This document shows, in pieces, positions 9,916 through 19,717 of a stretch of DNA of 64,000 bases. This DNA is from Lachnospiraceae bacterium. GTDB lineage: Bacteria > Bacillota > Clostridia > Lachnospirales > Lachnospiraceae. The notes below the pieces were generated by a model that did no database searches, was not told the origin of the DNA, and worked only from the letters and a program-made list of their open reading frames with translations. Where the stretch lies: positions 2,128 to 66,127 of the forward strand of contig JAFXQR010000072.1 in assembly GCA_017526985.1 (NCBI GenBank), in the 5' to 3' direction. The position numbers and the translations under genes are program-made. The first letter of the stretch is position 1; each line of letters starts with the position of its first letter.

Positions 9916-10278
9916 CTACTTAACCACCATCGCCAGGTCTACCGTATGCTCATCCAGGCCTGATGCCAGGAGTTCCTCTCTGCTTTCGCCTTCTCTCAAA
10001 CGCCGGATTGCTTCTACAAGGTCATTTTGTCCGGTTGTCCTGCCCACTTCAATTCCTTTTTCTATCCCTTTATTCTCTATTGCCGTTGCATAAGTACACA
10101 TATTCGTCACCTCGCTTTTCACCTCTTTGGTAAGCTCCAGTCCGTATGCTTCCAGTATCTCAACCTTTTCCATTCCGTCCATTCGATTGTCAAACAGATC
10201 GGTCAGCATTCGGATCAATCCATTCGTCGAATTCGCTACATCGTGTTTGCCGCTGATATTAATGATGATCGCATTCAT
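9916..10278 (-). CDS. Hypothetical protein resembling the C-terminal tail module of Rpn/YhgA-like proteins (possible gene fragment)
   Basis: Tail ...NMCTYATAIENKGIEKGIEVG... resembles the C-terminal tail I recall for Firmicutes Rpn-like proteins; no nuclease core is present. Confidence 0.35.
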   Translation of the reverse strand: MNAIIINISGKHDVANSTNGLIRMLTDLFDNRMDGMEKVEILEAYGLELTKEVKSEVTNMCTYATAIENKGIEKGIEVGRTTGQNDLVEAIRRLREGESREELLASGLDEHTVDLAMVVK

Positions 10279-10341
10279 ATTTCATCCTTGTTTTCAATAC
10301 ATTGCCATCAAAAGCGACCGTATCTTAATTTCGTTATCAAA

Positions 10342-10366
10342 AAACCACGGGGACGGACCCCATGGT
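10342..10366. repeat. Hairpin-repeat family 1 copy (AAACCACGGGGACGGACCCCATGGT)
   Basis: One mismatch to the first arm of the 15303-15360 element. Confidence 0.6.
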
Positions 10367-10636
10367 CTGCAGAAGGTCTTTCAATCCGGTGCAATGCGCA
10401 TGTACCGGCTCTGTGGAAAGGAAATCAGCATGCAGATAATAATAAACAATTCATACCGCCTTTTAGTTCGGTTTTTCTTTACTGATGAAAGGTGTTATAT
10501 TACAATTATATCTCAAATTATTTCGAACATTTTTCAAAGGGACTTTATCACAATTCCAAAAAGAGTGCAAGCGTTTTTTTATACAAGATTTCACGATTTG
10601 TTCGTTATGTTTTTGAGAAAATGAGATCTTTCTTCC

Positions 10637-10670
10637 GAAAATTAAAACCCCGACAGAACACTACCGGGGT
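10637..10670 (-). terminator. Rho-independent terminator after the flagellin gene
   Basis: Stem ACCCCG/CGGGGT followed by TTTAATTTT on the minus strand, just past the stop at 10695. Confidence 0.7.
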
Positions 10671-10694
10671 CATGTGTTTTTCATTCTCTGAATA

Positions 10695-13364
10695 CTATTG
10701 CAGCAGACTCAGAATATTCTGTCGTGACTGGTTCGCCTGTGAAAGCATAGAGGTTCCGGCCTGCTCCAGGATGCCGAGATTGGAATACTTCACCATCTCC
10801 TCCGCCATATTCGTATCACGAATCTGCGACTCGGCATATTGGGTATTCTCGGCGGTATTCTGGTCGATATTATATGCGTGTTCCAAACGGTTCTGATATG
10901 CGCCAAATTGTGATCGCTGCCAAGAGATTTTTTCCATTGCATGCTTCACTTGATTGATTGCCGCACCAGAATCCGCCTGCGTACGCAGATTAGTACCGGA
11001 AATCCCTAGTATCGTATTATTCAGAGGCGTCCAACGCAACCAAATTCCGGATTCTGATTCCACTCCAGACTGAATCCACAGTTCACGCTCCGGAACATCA
11101 TTCAGGGTAATATCATTGAAGATTGCTTCCTGGCTAAGTGCTTCGAAAGGATTCAATTCAAAATCTCTGGATGCATAGCCTGTAGCCTGCCAGCCAATGT
11201 TCATTGTTACAGAATCGGATGCATCTCCGGATGAATTGTTAAACACAACAGTAAAACCTCCACCTCCAGAGGGGTCTTCAAATGTCAGTATATCATTTCC
11301 ACCGCCGGAATACTCCGTAATCGGATTACCCAGGTTCTCTAGCGAGGTTTTTACGGTTTCCTCTATAAAAGGTGCAGTAAGTACATCCGATTCTACTTTC
11401 CTCGCTCCCGCCGGAAGATCCGCTTCATTAACCACTACCCCTGTATCTTCATAACGAACCGTTTCAACCTGCGTTGTTACCTTCTGATGTTGCGTAACCT
11501 TTTTGATAATCTCACTATTGCTCGCCCCATCACTCATAACAGTTGACTGAAAACTTCCATTATACTCATAATGCCCCTTGGCATAAGCAATATAATCCTG
11601 ATTATATGTAGTCGCTTTGACCGGATCGTCCCCCGTCAAAATTCGATTCAATTTACGATAATGACCTTCACCGTCACTAATATAGGCTTCCGTTGCCACC
11701 TCAGCTATCGGCGATATGCGAACTTCAGAATCTTCATCTTTGACTGTTTCATCGCTATTTGTCTGCCCGCCAGGATCGTTCTCTGCAAAAACTCTGGTTA
11801 TCGAGCCGCTCAAAATATCATTTGGATCATCAAAATCTCTTCCGTATGATCTCTGTTTATAAAAGTTCATATCCCCACTTACTTTTACCGAGGGCGCGGG
11901 TTTGCTACTGTCATTACTACGCGGATCAAGCCATTTCCCCGGAGCTGTAAACTCCTTCGAAAACTTTGCCCCATCCAAAGCTCGTATTGCTGCATCGATG
12001 CTAGTTTCATCCTCCAAAGTAAAAGAAAATTCCACAGCAAGATCATACGCTTCCTTGCCAACAGTATCTTTATATATGTATGCAAGCCCATCATCAAATG
12101 TTATGAGATCCGATTCTTTTCATTTCCCATCCACTTCTGTAGTCCCCCAGTCTGTTATCGGGAACTCGTCTGCTCCTCTGGTTGCATTAAAATCTTCTTC
12201 TGTATGTCCCCATTTTTTAACTAAATGAGCCTCTCCATCCTCTTCCTGAAGCGTCACCCTGTTCTCATTCGCTCTCACAACATAGTCATTGTCTATAATA
12301 TCTTTGTTTGCCTCCGTTACAAGTTGTCTTTTTCCCCATGTCTGAACAGCTTGTACTGGAGCTGCTTTTGCGCTGACTCCCAAATCCCAAGTGTAATAGG
12401 ATCGTAATGTGGAACCTTTAATACCTTCGATAACATCCTTGATTGTTGTATCGCCCTTAGCCGGTGTAAAACTAATCTTCATATTGCTATATGTAAAACT
12501 ATACTCTTTCGTTTCTACCGGCTCGGAAATGCTATTTCCCTTACCATCTCTTACATCTGACCAACTTATTGGTCCATTATTATTTACATATATTCCATCT
12601 TCCTCTACTGTCCATTTATAGTTTCGGGAAATTTCAGGCGGTCTCTTTCCCTCTTCCATTTTCAAAACAACCCGATCTCCGGTATAATCACTGTTATTAG
12701 CCCCTATTGGAAACTCTATAATCTGTTCCGGTATTTCTTTTATTGAACCGTCCAAATTGCGCTCAGTTCCACCTTTAAAGGTACCATCTTCATTGAACTG
12801 AACCCCCAGTTCATCCCAGGTATGGCGAACATGGTTAATCTCCACGCCACCCCACTTAGGCGTTCCATCAGGATTCATTCCATCATTGTATACCTGTATA
12901 TCGGGTTCCACATCTGGGATCAACTCAATTTCAGGTAAATATGGCATTTCCCATATTTTGTTTTCATTAAAATCCGCACTCTTAAATACCCGTTTTGTTT
13001 CCTGCTTTAACTGTTGTACTTCCTGATCCAGATAAGCACGATCCGTCTCCTCATTCGTCCCATTCGCACTTTGTACAGCAAGTTCATTGATACGCTGCAA
13101 TACACTGTGCATCTCATTCAGATAACCGTCCGCAGACTGCACAAAACTTATCCCGTCCTGTATATTCCTTGAAGCCTGATTCAGCCCCTTGATCTGCCTG
13201 CGCATCTTTTCGGAAATAGCAAGGCCTGCGGCATCGTCTGCCGCACGGTTGATCCGGTAGCCGGAAGACAGTTTCTCCGTGGATTTTGAACGATTTCCCG
13301 TGGTGATCTTATATTGTCCGCTGGCGTTCATTGCAGCAAGATTATGCTGTATTGACATATTCAT
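10695..13364 (-). pseudogene. Giant flagellin (~888 codons) interrupted by a single in-frame TGA at 12120-12122
   Basis: ORF 12120-13364 carries the flagellin N-domain (GYRINRAADDAAGLAISEKMRRQIKGLNQASRN). ORF 10695-12035 carries the flagellin C-domain (QNRLEH...LSQANQSRQNILSLLQ). Both are in the same frame, and the 28 codons after the TGA are also open. Confidence 0.8.
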
Positions 13365-13463
13365 ACTCTAATCCTCCATGATCAAAAACCCTGCCATATT
13401 CCTTATGACATCTTTATACGATCCATTATAAGCGAATCGTAATTTCCGACACTTCATATATGT

Positions 13464-13491
13464 ATATCGGCATCATATTACCGTAACTTTA
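13464..13491 (-). promoter_or_regulatory. Sigma-28 (SigD/FliA)-type promoter for the flagellin gene
   Basis: Minus strand reads TAAA-N16-GCCGATAT, about 100 nt upstream of the start. The B. subtilis SigD consensus is TAAA-N15-GCCGATAT. Confidence 0.6.
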
Positions 13492-13593
13492 GTTATCACT
13501 AATGTTATTTTGTATCAGATAGTTAAAAGGATGCCTAAGATTAGTCATAACTAAATATAATTGCGGATAACAAATGTGATTAAGGTGAGAAAA

Positions 13594-13920
13594 ATGCGTG
13601 AACTCGATTTTGCAACAATAGGTCAGAAGATCAAAGCCCGGCGTCAGGCACTGGGTATCAAACAGGAATTCATTGCTAATGCATTAGATGTAAATCCAAG
13701 TCATATCAGCAATATAGAATGCGGCAGAGCCGCCCCTTCCCTTACAGCCCTCATAAATATAGCCAATGTGCTCAAATGCAGTGTGGATGTTTTTCTTGAA
13801 GAAGAATACACATATTCCGAAAAACAGATCCCTGAAATAAACATGCAAATTCTAAGGAAACTGGATCTGATGGATAAAGACCATAAAGACAGATTTCTGA
13901 AGATTATGGATCTGATCTGA
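13594..13920 (+). CDS. XRE family helix-turn-helix transcriptional regulator
   Basis: HTH_3-like sequence IKARRQALGIKQEFIANALDVNPSHISNIECGRAAPSLTALINIANVL; AAGGTGAG RBS. Confidence 0.8.
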   Translation: MRELDFATIGQKIKARRQALGIKQEFIANALDVNPSHISNIECGRAAPSLTALINIANVLKCSVDVFLEEEYTYSEKQIPEINMQILRKLDLMDKDHKDRFLKIMDLI

Positions 13921-14019
13921 ACTACCGGCGAACAAGCCCTTTACCTACATCAAGATTTTTCGATGAAGCAGATGGACAGAAAGGCAAGTCAAATATGCAA
14001 GTAATTTTGTATCAGTTCC

Positions 14020-15117
14020 TTACCGATACCCCAGCGCTCCTAGCAGATCGGAGTAGCGGTAATAGGTTTCGTAGTTATAATCATCGTAGATCACATAAAT
14101 GATTTCGTCGCCATACATGTTTGCGTATTCATAATCATCATGAAGTATCTGCTTCTGGTAATCCACCGTCCTGCCGGCGGCAAGATCATCCTCCACCTCC
14201 TGATAGATCTGATCCAATTCATCGGTCGCTTCCGTCGGGCGGCCGTAACTTACATAGTATTCTCCCGACTGGGAATCGCCGCTGTAGGAATCCTCGATCA
14301 ATATCCTGAAATCACCGTCCTCCACGCCGTCCCTGAAGTTTCCGGTGCGGTATACGGACCTGCCATAATCATAATACAAATGCTCGGTACCGTTTCCGTT
14401 GGGCATGTCATCCTTCCATTCCCCTTCATAGGTTTCATACCCGCTGCCGTTATACCAGTAGGACACGCCGTGTCCCACGCGTTCCCCATCCACAAAATCA
14501 CCGTAATAGAAGAAATATCCGCCGCTTACCTGATATACCCCGCAGCCGGTTCCGGTTCCATGGCTGCCATCCTCCGGGATATAGATCACATGATCTCCTT
14601 TCAATTCCGCGATCACCTGATCCGCTTCAGACGAGCCGTCCACACTGCACATACCGTCATAATCCTGTTTGGAAAGCAGATCGTAGGCTTTTTCCAGCAG
14701 TTCCACCTGCCGCTGTCTGACCGTCTCTCCGACTCCCAGCTCCGGATTCTGCAATGTACCGCTCCCCCCACTCAAAACCACCGGTCCGATGGAATCCCGC
14801 AGGGTATTCATTCGGGTTTCCAGTGACGCATCACTGGTGTTCTCATACCCTTTCTCCAGCATATGCAGCGCCGCATCATTGTCTCCCTGCGCTTCATAGG
14901 CTGCCACGATCCCCTCCTCGTATGCCTTCACATTCTTCGGATCCTGCTGCAAAGCCTCCCGGTAGGATGCAACCGCCAGCGTATAGTTTTTCTCCACCAT
15001 TGCATCTTCGCCGCGCTTCATCGGCGATCCGATCCGCCTTGTAAATCCCGTGATCAAAAAAGCCGCCCCCACGGTCACCAAGATCAGTGCTGCAAAGATC
15101 CCGATGATCTTTTCCAT
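14020..15117 (-). CDS. Membrane-anchored protein with TPR-like segment and MORN-like repeats
   Basis: N-terminal TM helix, a TPR-like stretch (YTLAVASYREALQQDPKNVKAY) and a MORN-like stretch (YEGEWKDDMPNGNGT). Confidence 0.55.
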   Translation of the reverse strand: MEKIIGIFAALILVTVGAAFLITGFTRRIGSPMKRGEDAMVEKNYTLAVASYREALQQDPKNVKAYEEGIVAAYEAQGDNDAALHMLEKGYENTSDASLETRMNTLRDSIGPVVLSGGSGTLQNPELGVGETVRQRQVELLEKAYDLLSKQDYDGMCSVDGSSEADQVIAELKGDHVIYIPEDGSHGTGTGCGVYQVSGGYFFYYGDFVDGERVGHGVSYWYNGSGYETYEGEWKDDMPNGNGTEHLYYDYGRSVYRTGNFRDGVEDGDFRILIEDSYSGDSQSGEYYVSYGRPTEATDELDQIYQEVEDDLAAGRTVDYQKQILHDDYEYANMYGDEIIYVIYDDYNYETYYRYSDLLGALGYR

Positions 15118-15302
15118 TTGTGCCCTTCTTGACGGTTTCTCCCGCCATAGCTGCGTTATCCATAGTACTATTCCCCTCCGCGGCTCCCGGTCCTGTCACG
15201 CGAGCCCCCAGCACTATCAGTGAAAGTTCTCCGAAACATCCCTGCATGATCCAATAGGAATCCTTCCGGCGTTCCGTAAACTCTACATGATCCCAAAAAC
15301 TT

Positions 15303-15360
15303 AAACCACGGGGACGGACCTCATGGTTTTCAAAAACCACCAGGTCCATCCCCGTGGTTT
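15303..15360. repeat. Hairpin-repeat family 1, complete element (19-nt inverted arms, 1 mismatch, around a palindromic centre)
   Basis: AAACCACGGGGACGGACCT ... AGGTCCATCCCCGTGGTTT. Confidence 0.7.
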
Positions 15361-15399
15361 TCCATGAGGACCACAGCACGGTCAACAAACTTCTTTGAT

Positions 15400-16047
15400 T
15401 CATATACCATATTTTTTAAGATCGACACGATCTCCAGTTACTTCGATCCCGTCCTCTTCCAGAAGACGTTTTTGCACGCCGGCACCACCGAAAACAAACT
15501 CATCTGCCAGCGCCCCTTTAGAGTTCACCACACGATAACAGGGGATATTATCGGGATCGGGATTCCGATGCAGCGCATTTCCCACAGCACGGCACATCCT
15601 TGGATTACCGGCCATCTCCGCGACCTGCGCATAAGTGGCAACCTTACCGCGCGGTATCTTTTTTACTGCTTCATAGATACGCTTCGTCGGCGTATCCGTC
15701 ACCAGATCATAGCTCTCCGCTATCATCCGCTTAACATCCTCATCCGGAACGCTTCCATCCAGGATTATGGTATTCCAGTAATCCTTGTTCTGGTGATATC
15801 CGGGGATCACAGATTTATACTTATCTCTCCAAAAGCGCCCCCACTCCGGATCCACCTTTACATTGATCCAAAGCTGCCCTTCCATCTCATAGGTCCAGAG
15901 AAACGCCTTCTTACCCGGGCTGACCCGCACCAGCTGCCAGTTCTGATCATGAAAAGGCGCCTCCTGATAGGCATCCGGAAACGAAAGACCATATGTCAGA
16001 ATTCCTTTTCTGCTCTGAAAAGCGGACGGCACAGCTTTTGCACTCAT
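15400..16047 (-). CDS. Fusion of a YjbR/MmcQ-like domain and an MGMT (O6-alkylguanine-DNA alkyltransferase) family domain
   Basis: The C-terminal half has the MGMT DNA-binding domain with IPCYRVV where the canonical motif is PCHRV. Confidence 0.7.
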   Translation of the reverse strand: MSAKAVPSAFQSRKGILTYGLSFPDAYQEAPFHDQNWQLVRVSPGKKAFLWTYEMEGQLWINVKVDPEWGRFWRDKYKSVIPGYHQNKDYWNTIILDGSVPDEDVKRMIAESYDLVTDTPTKRIYEAVKKIPRGKVATYAQVAEMAGNPRMCRAVGNALHRNPDPDNIPCYRVVNSKGALADEFVFGGAGVQKRLLEEDGIEVTGDRVDLKKYGI

Positions 16048-16073
16048 ATGTATACCTCCATCTCCATTCGATA

Positions 16074-16901
16074 TTATATTTCTTCCCCTGAATGCACATA
16101 GGAGAGTTTCTCGCCCATGATTATTTTCATGATATCAAATGCATCTGTCCCCGTACAATGACAAGTAAAAAATTGGGTGGGATACTTATTCAGTTCCCTC
16201 GCGATATCCTCTATTTCCCGGATCTCTTCCTCCCGGTAGGGTGTTTTCTTCATCAGATGAAAACCACTGATCACGGCATCCGGCGCTTTTCCGTATTTTT
16301 CCATATAGGCATCCAGTATACTCAGGATCCCGTTATGCGCGCATCCCGACATCAGTACCGACTTTCCGTCCTGCCGTATCACAAGATAGTGTTCATGTCT
16401 GAAATCGTCCCGTATGTATTCATTTCCTTTGCGTACTAAAAGCCTCTTATTTGTAAATGGCAGTTCATGACTTCTTTTTTGTATCGTAAACAGTTCCAGT
16501 TCTTCATCGATCACGGTATCACCGCTTATAAATCTCATCTGTGGCAGTTTTTCAATATCCGGATCGATGCCTATGTAACGATACCTCTCAGGCGCATCCA
16601 TTCCGTCATCGGCGAAATATGCATCTGTTGCTGCAGCCTGCATGTATATGGCCGCTTTGTCATTTATCTTTGTAAACGGCATGATCCCGCCCGAATGATC
16701 ATAATGCCCGTGGCTCAATATCATGGTATCCACATCGGATAGTTCTATCCCTAATGCCGCTGCATTCTTAAGTGTATCCTCCGAAGGCCCCAGATCCAGC
16801 AGCAGTTTATGCTTTTTTGTCTCAACATAAAAAGAAAGCCCGTGAGCGCTTACGCAGTCAGAATTTCCTTCCGTGTTCTCTATAAGATTAACGATCCTCA
16901 T
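16074..16901 (-). CDS. MBL-fold metallo-hydrolase
   Basis: HGHYDHSGG motif. Confidence 0.8.
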   Translation of the reverse strand: MRIVNLIENTEGNSDCVSAHGLSFYVETKKHKLLLDLGPSEDTLKNAAALGIELSDVDTMILSHGHYDHSGGIMPFTKINDKAAIYMQAAATDAYFADDGMDAPERYRYIGIDPDIEKLPQMRFISGDTVIDEELELFTIQKRSHELPFTNKRLLVRKGNEYIRDDFRHEHYLVIRQDGKSVLMSGCAHNGILSILDAYMEKYGKAPDAVISGFHLMKKTPYREEEIREIEDIARELNKYPTQFFTCHCTGTDAFDIMKIIMGEKLSYVHSGEEI

Positions 16902-16919
16902 AATTTTTTCTCCATGTAT

Positions 16920-17402
16920 TCAATCAAGTATCTTTTCGTAGCAGAGAAAATCCTGCTCATACATATGGCATTCTCCGACGATCGCAAAACCAAAGACAGC
17001 ATAGGATGCGATCGCCTTTTTGTTATGTTTATTCACCAGAAAATGAATGCTTTGAAATCCCCTTTCCTTCAGGATCTTCATTCCGTGCTGCAGCATCTGT
17101 CTGGCCAGTCCCTTATTCTGCATTTCGGGCAGCACTGCAAGTCGCGCCGGTTCACCTGCCGGAGACAAATCTTTATCCCAGCATTCCAGCCGGTCAACAT
17201 CCTCATCTTCTTCCAGAGATATTGCCGCAACGATCCTGTCATCTGCTTTCATAACAAATAACGCATCTCTTGACAGATCGAAATCTATGGTTTCTTCCCC
17301 CGGATAGTCCTCTGTCCATGGGCAAAACTCTCTTCCCAGCTGCGCTTTATACAATTTCAGTATTTCCTCTTTATCCTGTTTTGCAGCCATTACAATCTGC
17401 AT
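16920..17402 (-). CDS. GNAT family N-acetyltransferase
   Basis: Acetyl-CoA binding motif region LAVLPEMQNKGLARQML. Confidence 0.8.
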   Translation of the reverse strand: MQIVMAAKQDKEEILKLYKAQLGREFCPWTEDYPGEETIDFDLSRDALFVMKADDRIVAAISLEEDEDVDRLECWDKDLSPAGEPARLAVLPEMQNKGLARQMLQHGMKILKERGFQSIHFLVNKHNKKAIASYAVFGFAIVGECHMYEQDFLCYEKILD

Positions 17403-17465
17403 GTTACATATCCTCTCAGAAACTGTTCATAAATATTTTTACAGTTTTCCCGGTTCGTTACCAGC

Positions 17466-17912
17466 TCATTCGTACTTCAGACACATCTCTTCCATACCGA
17501 ATTCCCGGAAGCCCGTATCTGCAAATCCGACAGACTCATACAAGCCTTTCGCCACCCGGTTTCCCGGCGCTACTCCTGTATAGATCTCATCCGGACCAAA
17601 CTTTTCCTTTATGAATGCTAGCCCCTGTTTAAGCGCCTGCCGGCCGTATCCCTTGTGCTGATATCTTTGATCGATCATGAATTTCCACAGAGTATAATAC
17701 TGCTTTGCCTCGTAATATCCCATCATGATAAATCCCACGAGCATATCCTCTTCATACACACCAAAAGGCCAGGCGGTTTCGGAATATACATACGCCTGCG
17801 CCAGCGATTCCGCATTGGGAGACACAAAACTCTGCTGATCTTCGTTTACCCGCAGTTCAAGAATCTCATCAAAGTTTTCGTTTGTGACCGGTCTTAGATT
17901 TATCATCTTCAT
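17466..17912 (-). CDS. GNAT family N-acetyltransferase
   Basis: FMIDQRYQHKGYGRQAL motif A. Confidence 0.8.
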   Translation of the reverse strand: MKMINLRPVTNENFDEILELRVNEDQQSFVSPNAESLAQAYVYSETAWPFGVYEEDMLVGFIMMGYYEAKQYYTLWKFMIDQRYQHKGYGRQALKQGLAFIKEKFGPDEIYTGVAPGNRVAKGLYESVGFADTGFREFGMEEMCLKYE

Positions 17913-18006
17913 CTCCTGTTATATACGCAAACGGATTGTTCCTCCGTCCTCACTTCCGGCGGCTAACCGGCAAACGGGTGATCCCTTTGCTTTATCTGCA
18001 CACTCA

Positions 18007-18675
18007 TTATAGCAGTTTTTTCTCCATATACCCACAGGTAAAAGGAAAGAAATCAAATTTCTCTGCTTTTGTATGCACAAAACCGTAACTCTCATACCAC
18101 TTTCGCAGGATTGTGTTTTCTTCTACGATCCCGATATTCATCTTTGTGCAGTCCAGCTCACTTGCTCTCACAAATGCATCCAGCAGCACTTCTTCTCCGA
18201 TACTCTGATGACGATACGCAGGATCCACGCAGAGATTGTTCAGCTCGCATTCTCCGTTATCCTTAAGCAACAATGAATAATATCCGGCCAATCTGCCGTC
18301 CCTGTAATATCCATACATAGGGCGATGCTCTCTGTTAAGCTGCCACCAGAGTCTTTCCACATTCGTCGCAAAAGCCGTAAACCTTGGTGCATTTTCTTCT
18401 GTGAAGCCGTATTGATCTGCCACGGTTTTGAAGCTTTTCTTAATGAGTTCAACGCATTCCTCCCCGTACATCCACTGATTTTCTTCATCGGCCACCCAGT
18501 TCTTCAGCATCACTTCCGTCCCGTTATTTCTGGCCACTGACAGCAATGTTGTCACATCAGATATAAAATCAGTAAATTCATACAGCCGCTCATCCGTTAT
18601 CCCCTTTTGTATATCAAAAACAAGTAAGACCGTATTATGATTCATTTTCATCGTTCCCTCCCACATGTTTTTCAT
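18007..18675 (-). CDS. GNAT family N-acetyltransferase with an N-terminal extension resembling an isochorismatase-family N-terminus
   Basis: GNAT core LCVDPAYRHQSIGEEVL. The first ~55 aa (TVLLVFDIQKGI...LLSVARNNGTEVM) look like a cysteine-hydrolase remnant. An internal start at 18510 is possible. Confidence 0.65.
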   Translation of the reverse strand: MKNMWEGTMKMNHNTVLLVFDIQKGITDERLYEFTDFISDVTTLLSVARNNGTEVMLKNWVADEENQWMYGEECVELIKKSFKTVADQYGFTEENAPRFTAFATNVERLWWQLNREHRPMYGYYRDGRLAGYYSLLLKDNGECELNNLCVDPAYRHQSIGEEVLLDAFVRASELDCTKMNIGIVEENTILRKWYESYGFVHTKAEKFDFFPFTCGYMEKKLL

Positions 18676-19297
18676 AGAATACCAGAGTCAGGCGTTCATT
18701 CACGACCTCTTCCTGCCCGGTACGGACAAAGCCGCATTTTTCATACAGATGACAGTTTCGCGGCTCCTGCTTGATCGTATCGAGTTTCCATGTCTTTATC
18801 TCCGGATGCATGGAAAATGCCTTTTGCAATGCCGCATAGCCGTAGCCCCTGTTCTGATAACGCGGCAGTATAAAGATTGGACTTACAAAGGAAACCTCAT
18901 GTTCATTCGGGTCATTGTGTCCTATATTTATAACGCCAACCCTTGCTCCCGATACACAGATAAAGTAATACTTCCTGTTTGCGACCTTCGCCCGCTTTCG
19001 TATCCGCTCGATTGCTTCAAGCGCCGGTGATCCTTCGTCCCGGTAGATCTCGTACAACGGCATAAAACTTTCTACCTGCATTGCGTGCAGCTGTTTCAGT
19101 TCATCTTCTCTTACCTCTTCGAGATAAATCTGCTGCATCAGTCTGTCTGCCCTCATATCCGACAGCGCAAAACGATCTTTTATCATCTTTGCTGCTTCCG
19201 AAGGCTCAAGATTTGTATTATCGATCTTGATGTAATTCTCAAAAGGCACCTCCCCCTCACGGCTCTCTAAGCGGTATTTGGTTTCCTCGCGCGTCAT
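18635..19297 (-). CDS. GNAT family N-acetyltransferase with an unrelated ~50-aa N-terminal segment
   Basis: GNAT core FILPRYQNRGYGYAAL; the N-terminal segment looks like the C-terminal end of a small kinase. Confidence 0.65.
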   Translation of the reverse strand: MTREETKYRLESREGEVPFENYIKIDNTNLEPSEAAKMIKDRFALSDMRADRLMQQIYLEEVREDELKQLHAMQVESFMPLYEIYRDEGSPALEAIERIRKRAKVANRKYYFICVSGARVGVINIGHNDPNEHEVSFVSPIFILPRYQNRGYGYAALQKAFSMHPEIKTWKLDTIKQEPRNCHLYEKCGFVRTGQEEVVNERLTLVFYEKHVGGNDENES

Positions 19298-19717
19298 GCG
19301 GTCATCAGAGATTACCGTATCTCTCTTGGAAGCCTTATGCAGCGATGGGCAAAACCCTTATCCCTCGAAGCATTTAGAGTCGTAATCGCGCAGCAAGTGC
19401 GCAATTCGACTGTGAATAGACTGCCAGTCCAATTATGGCAACGCCCCAACCTGCAAGTATGTTAAGGACGATCCTGCAGCACTCCTCAGTACAGAGAAGG
19501 CTTTTCTTTTAATCGTGTCAAAATAATATAAAAATCTCTTTACTTTTTCACCGGATGTGCTATACTGACTTCTGTTTGAGAAGGCAGTTTTATCTTGGAT
19601 CAGCGACACATCGTCGAAATCTTCGATAATACAGTAGTTGAAAAAGTTCATATAGGTACAACCATATGCGGAAAATAGGCGTTCCGTTTGGTTGTATAGT
19701 TATCATTTGGAGGTTTT

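Noticed and set aside
12120-12122. TGA in the flagellin read as a sense codon (alternative genetic code 4 or 25)
   Set aside because: TGA cleanly terminates many well-supported genes here at their expected ends, for example SulP at 1497-1499, fructokinase at 9039-9041, the DUF1848-like gene at 43836-43838 and RecQ-PRTase at 51609-51611. The organism therefore uses TGA as a stop.
14894-15403. 169-aa minus-strand ORF
   Set aside because: It overlaps the start of the TPR/MORN membrane protein gene and runs through the family-1 hairpin repeat. It has no RBS, so it is likely spurious.
19298-19717. Structured ncRNA or group II intron fragment in the 420-nt gap
   Set aside because: Local hairpins exist, but I could not match any known RNA family signature (no domain V-like 34-nt helix, no GUGYG 5' end in context). 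It is left as a note inside the Rpn-locus finding.
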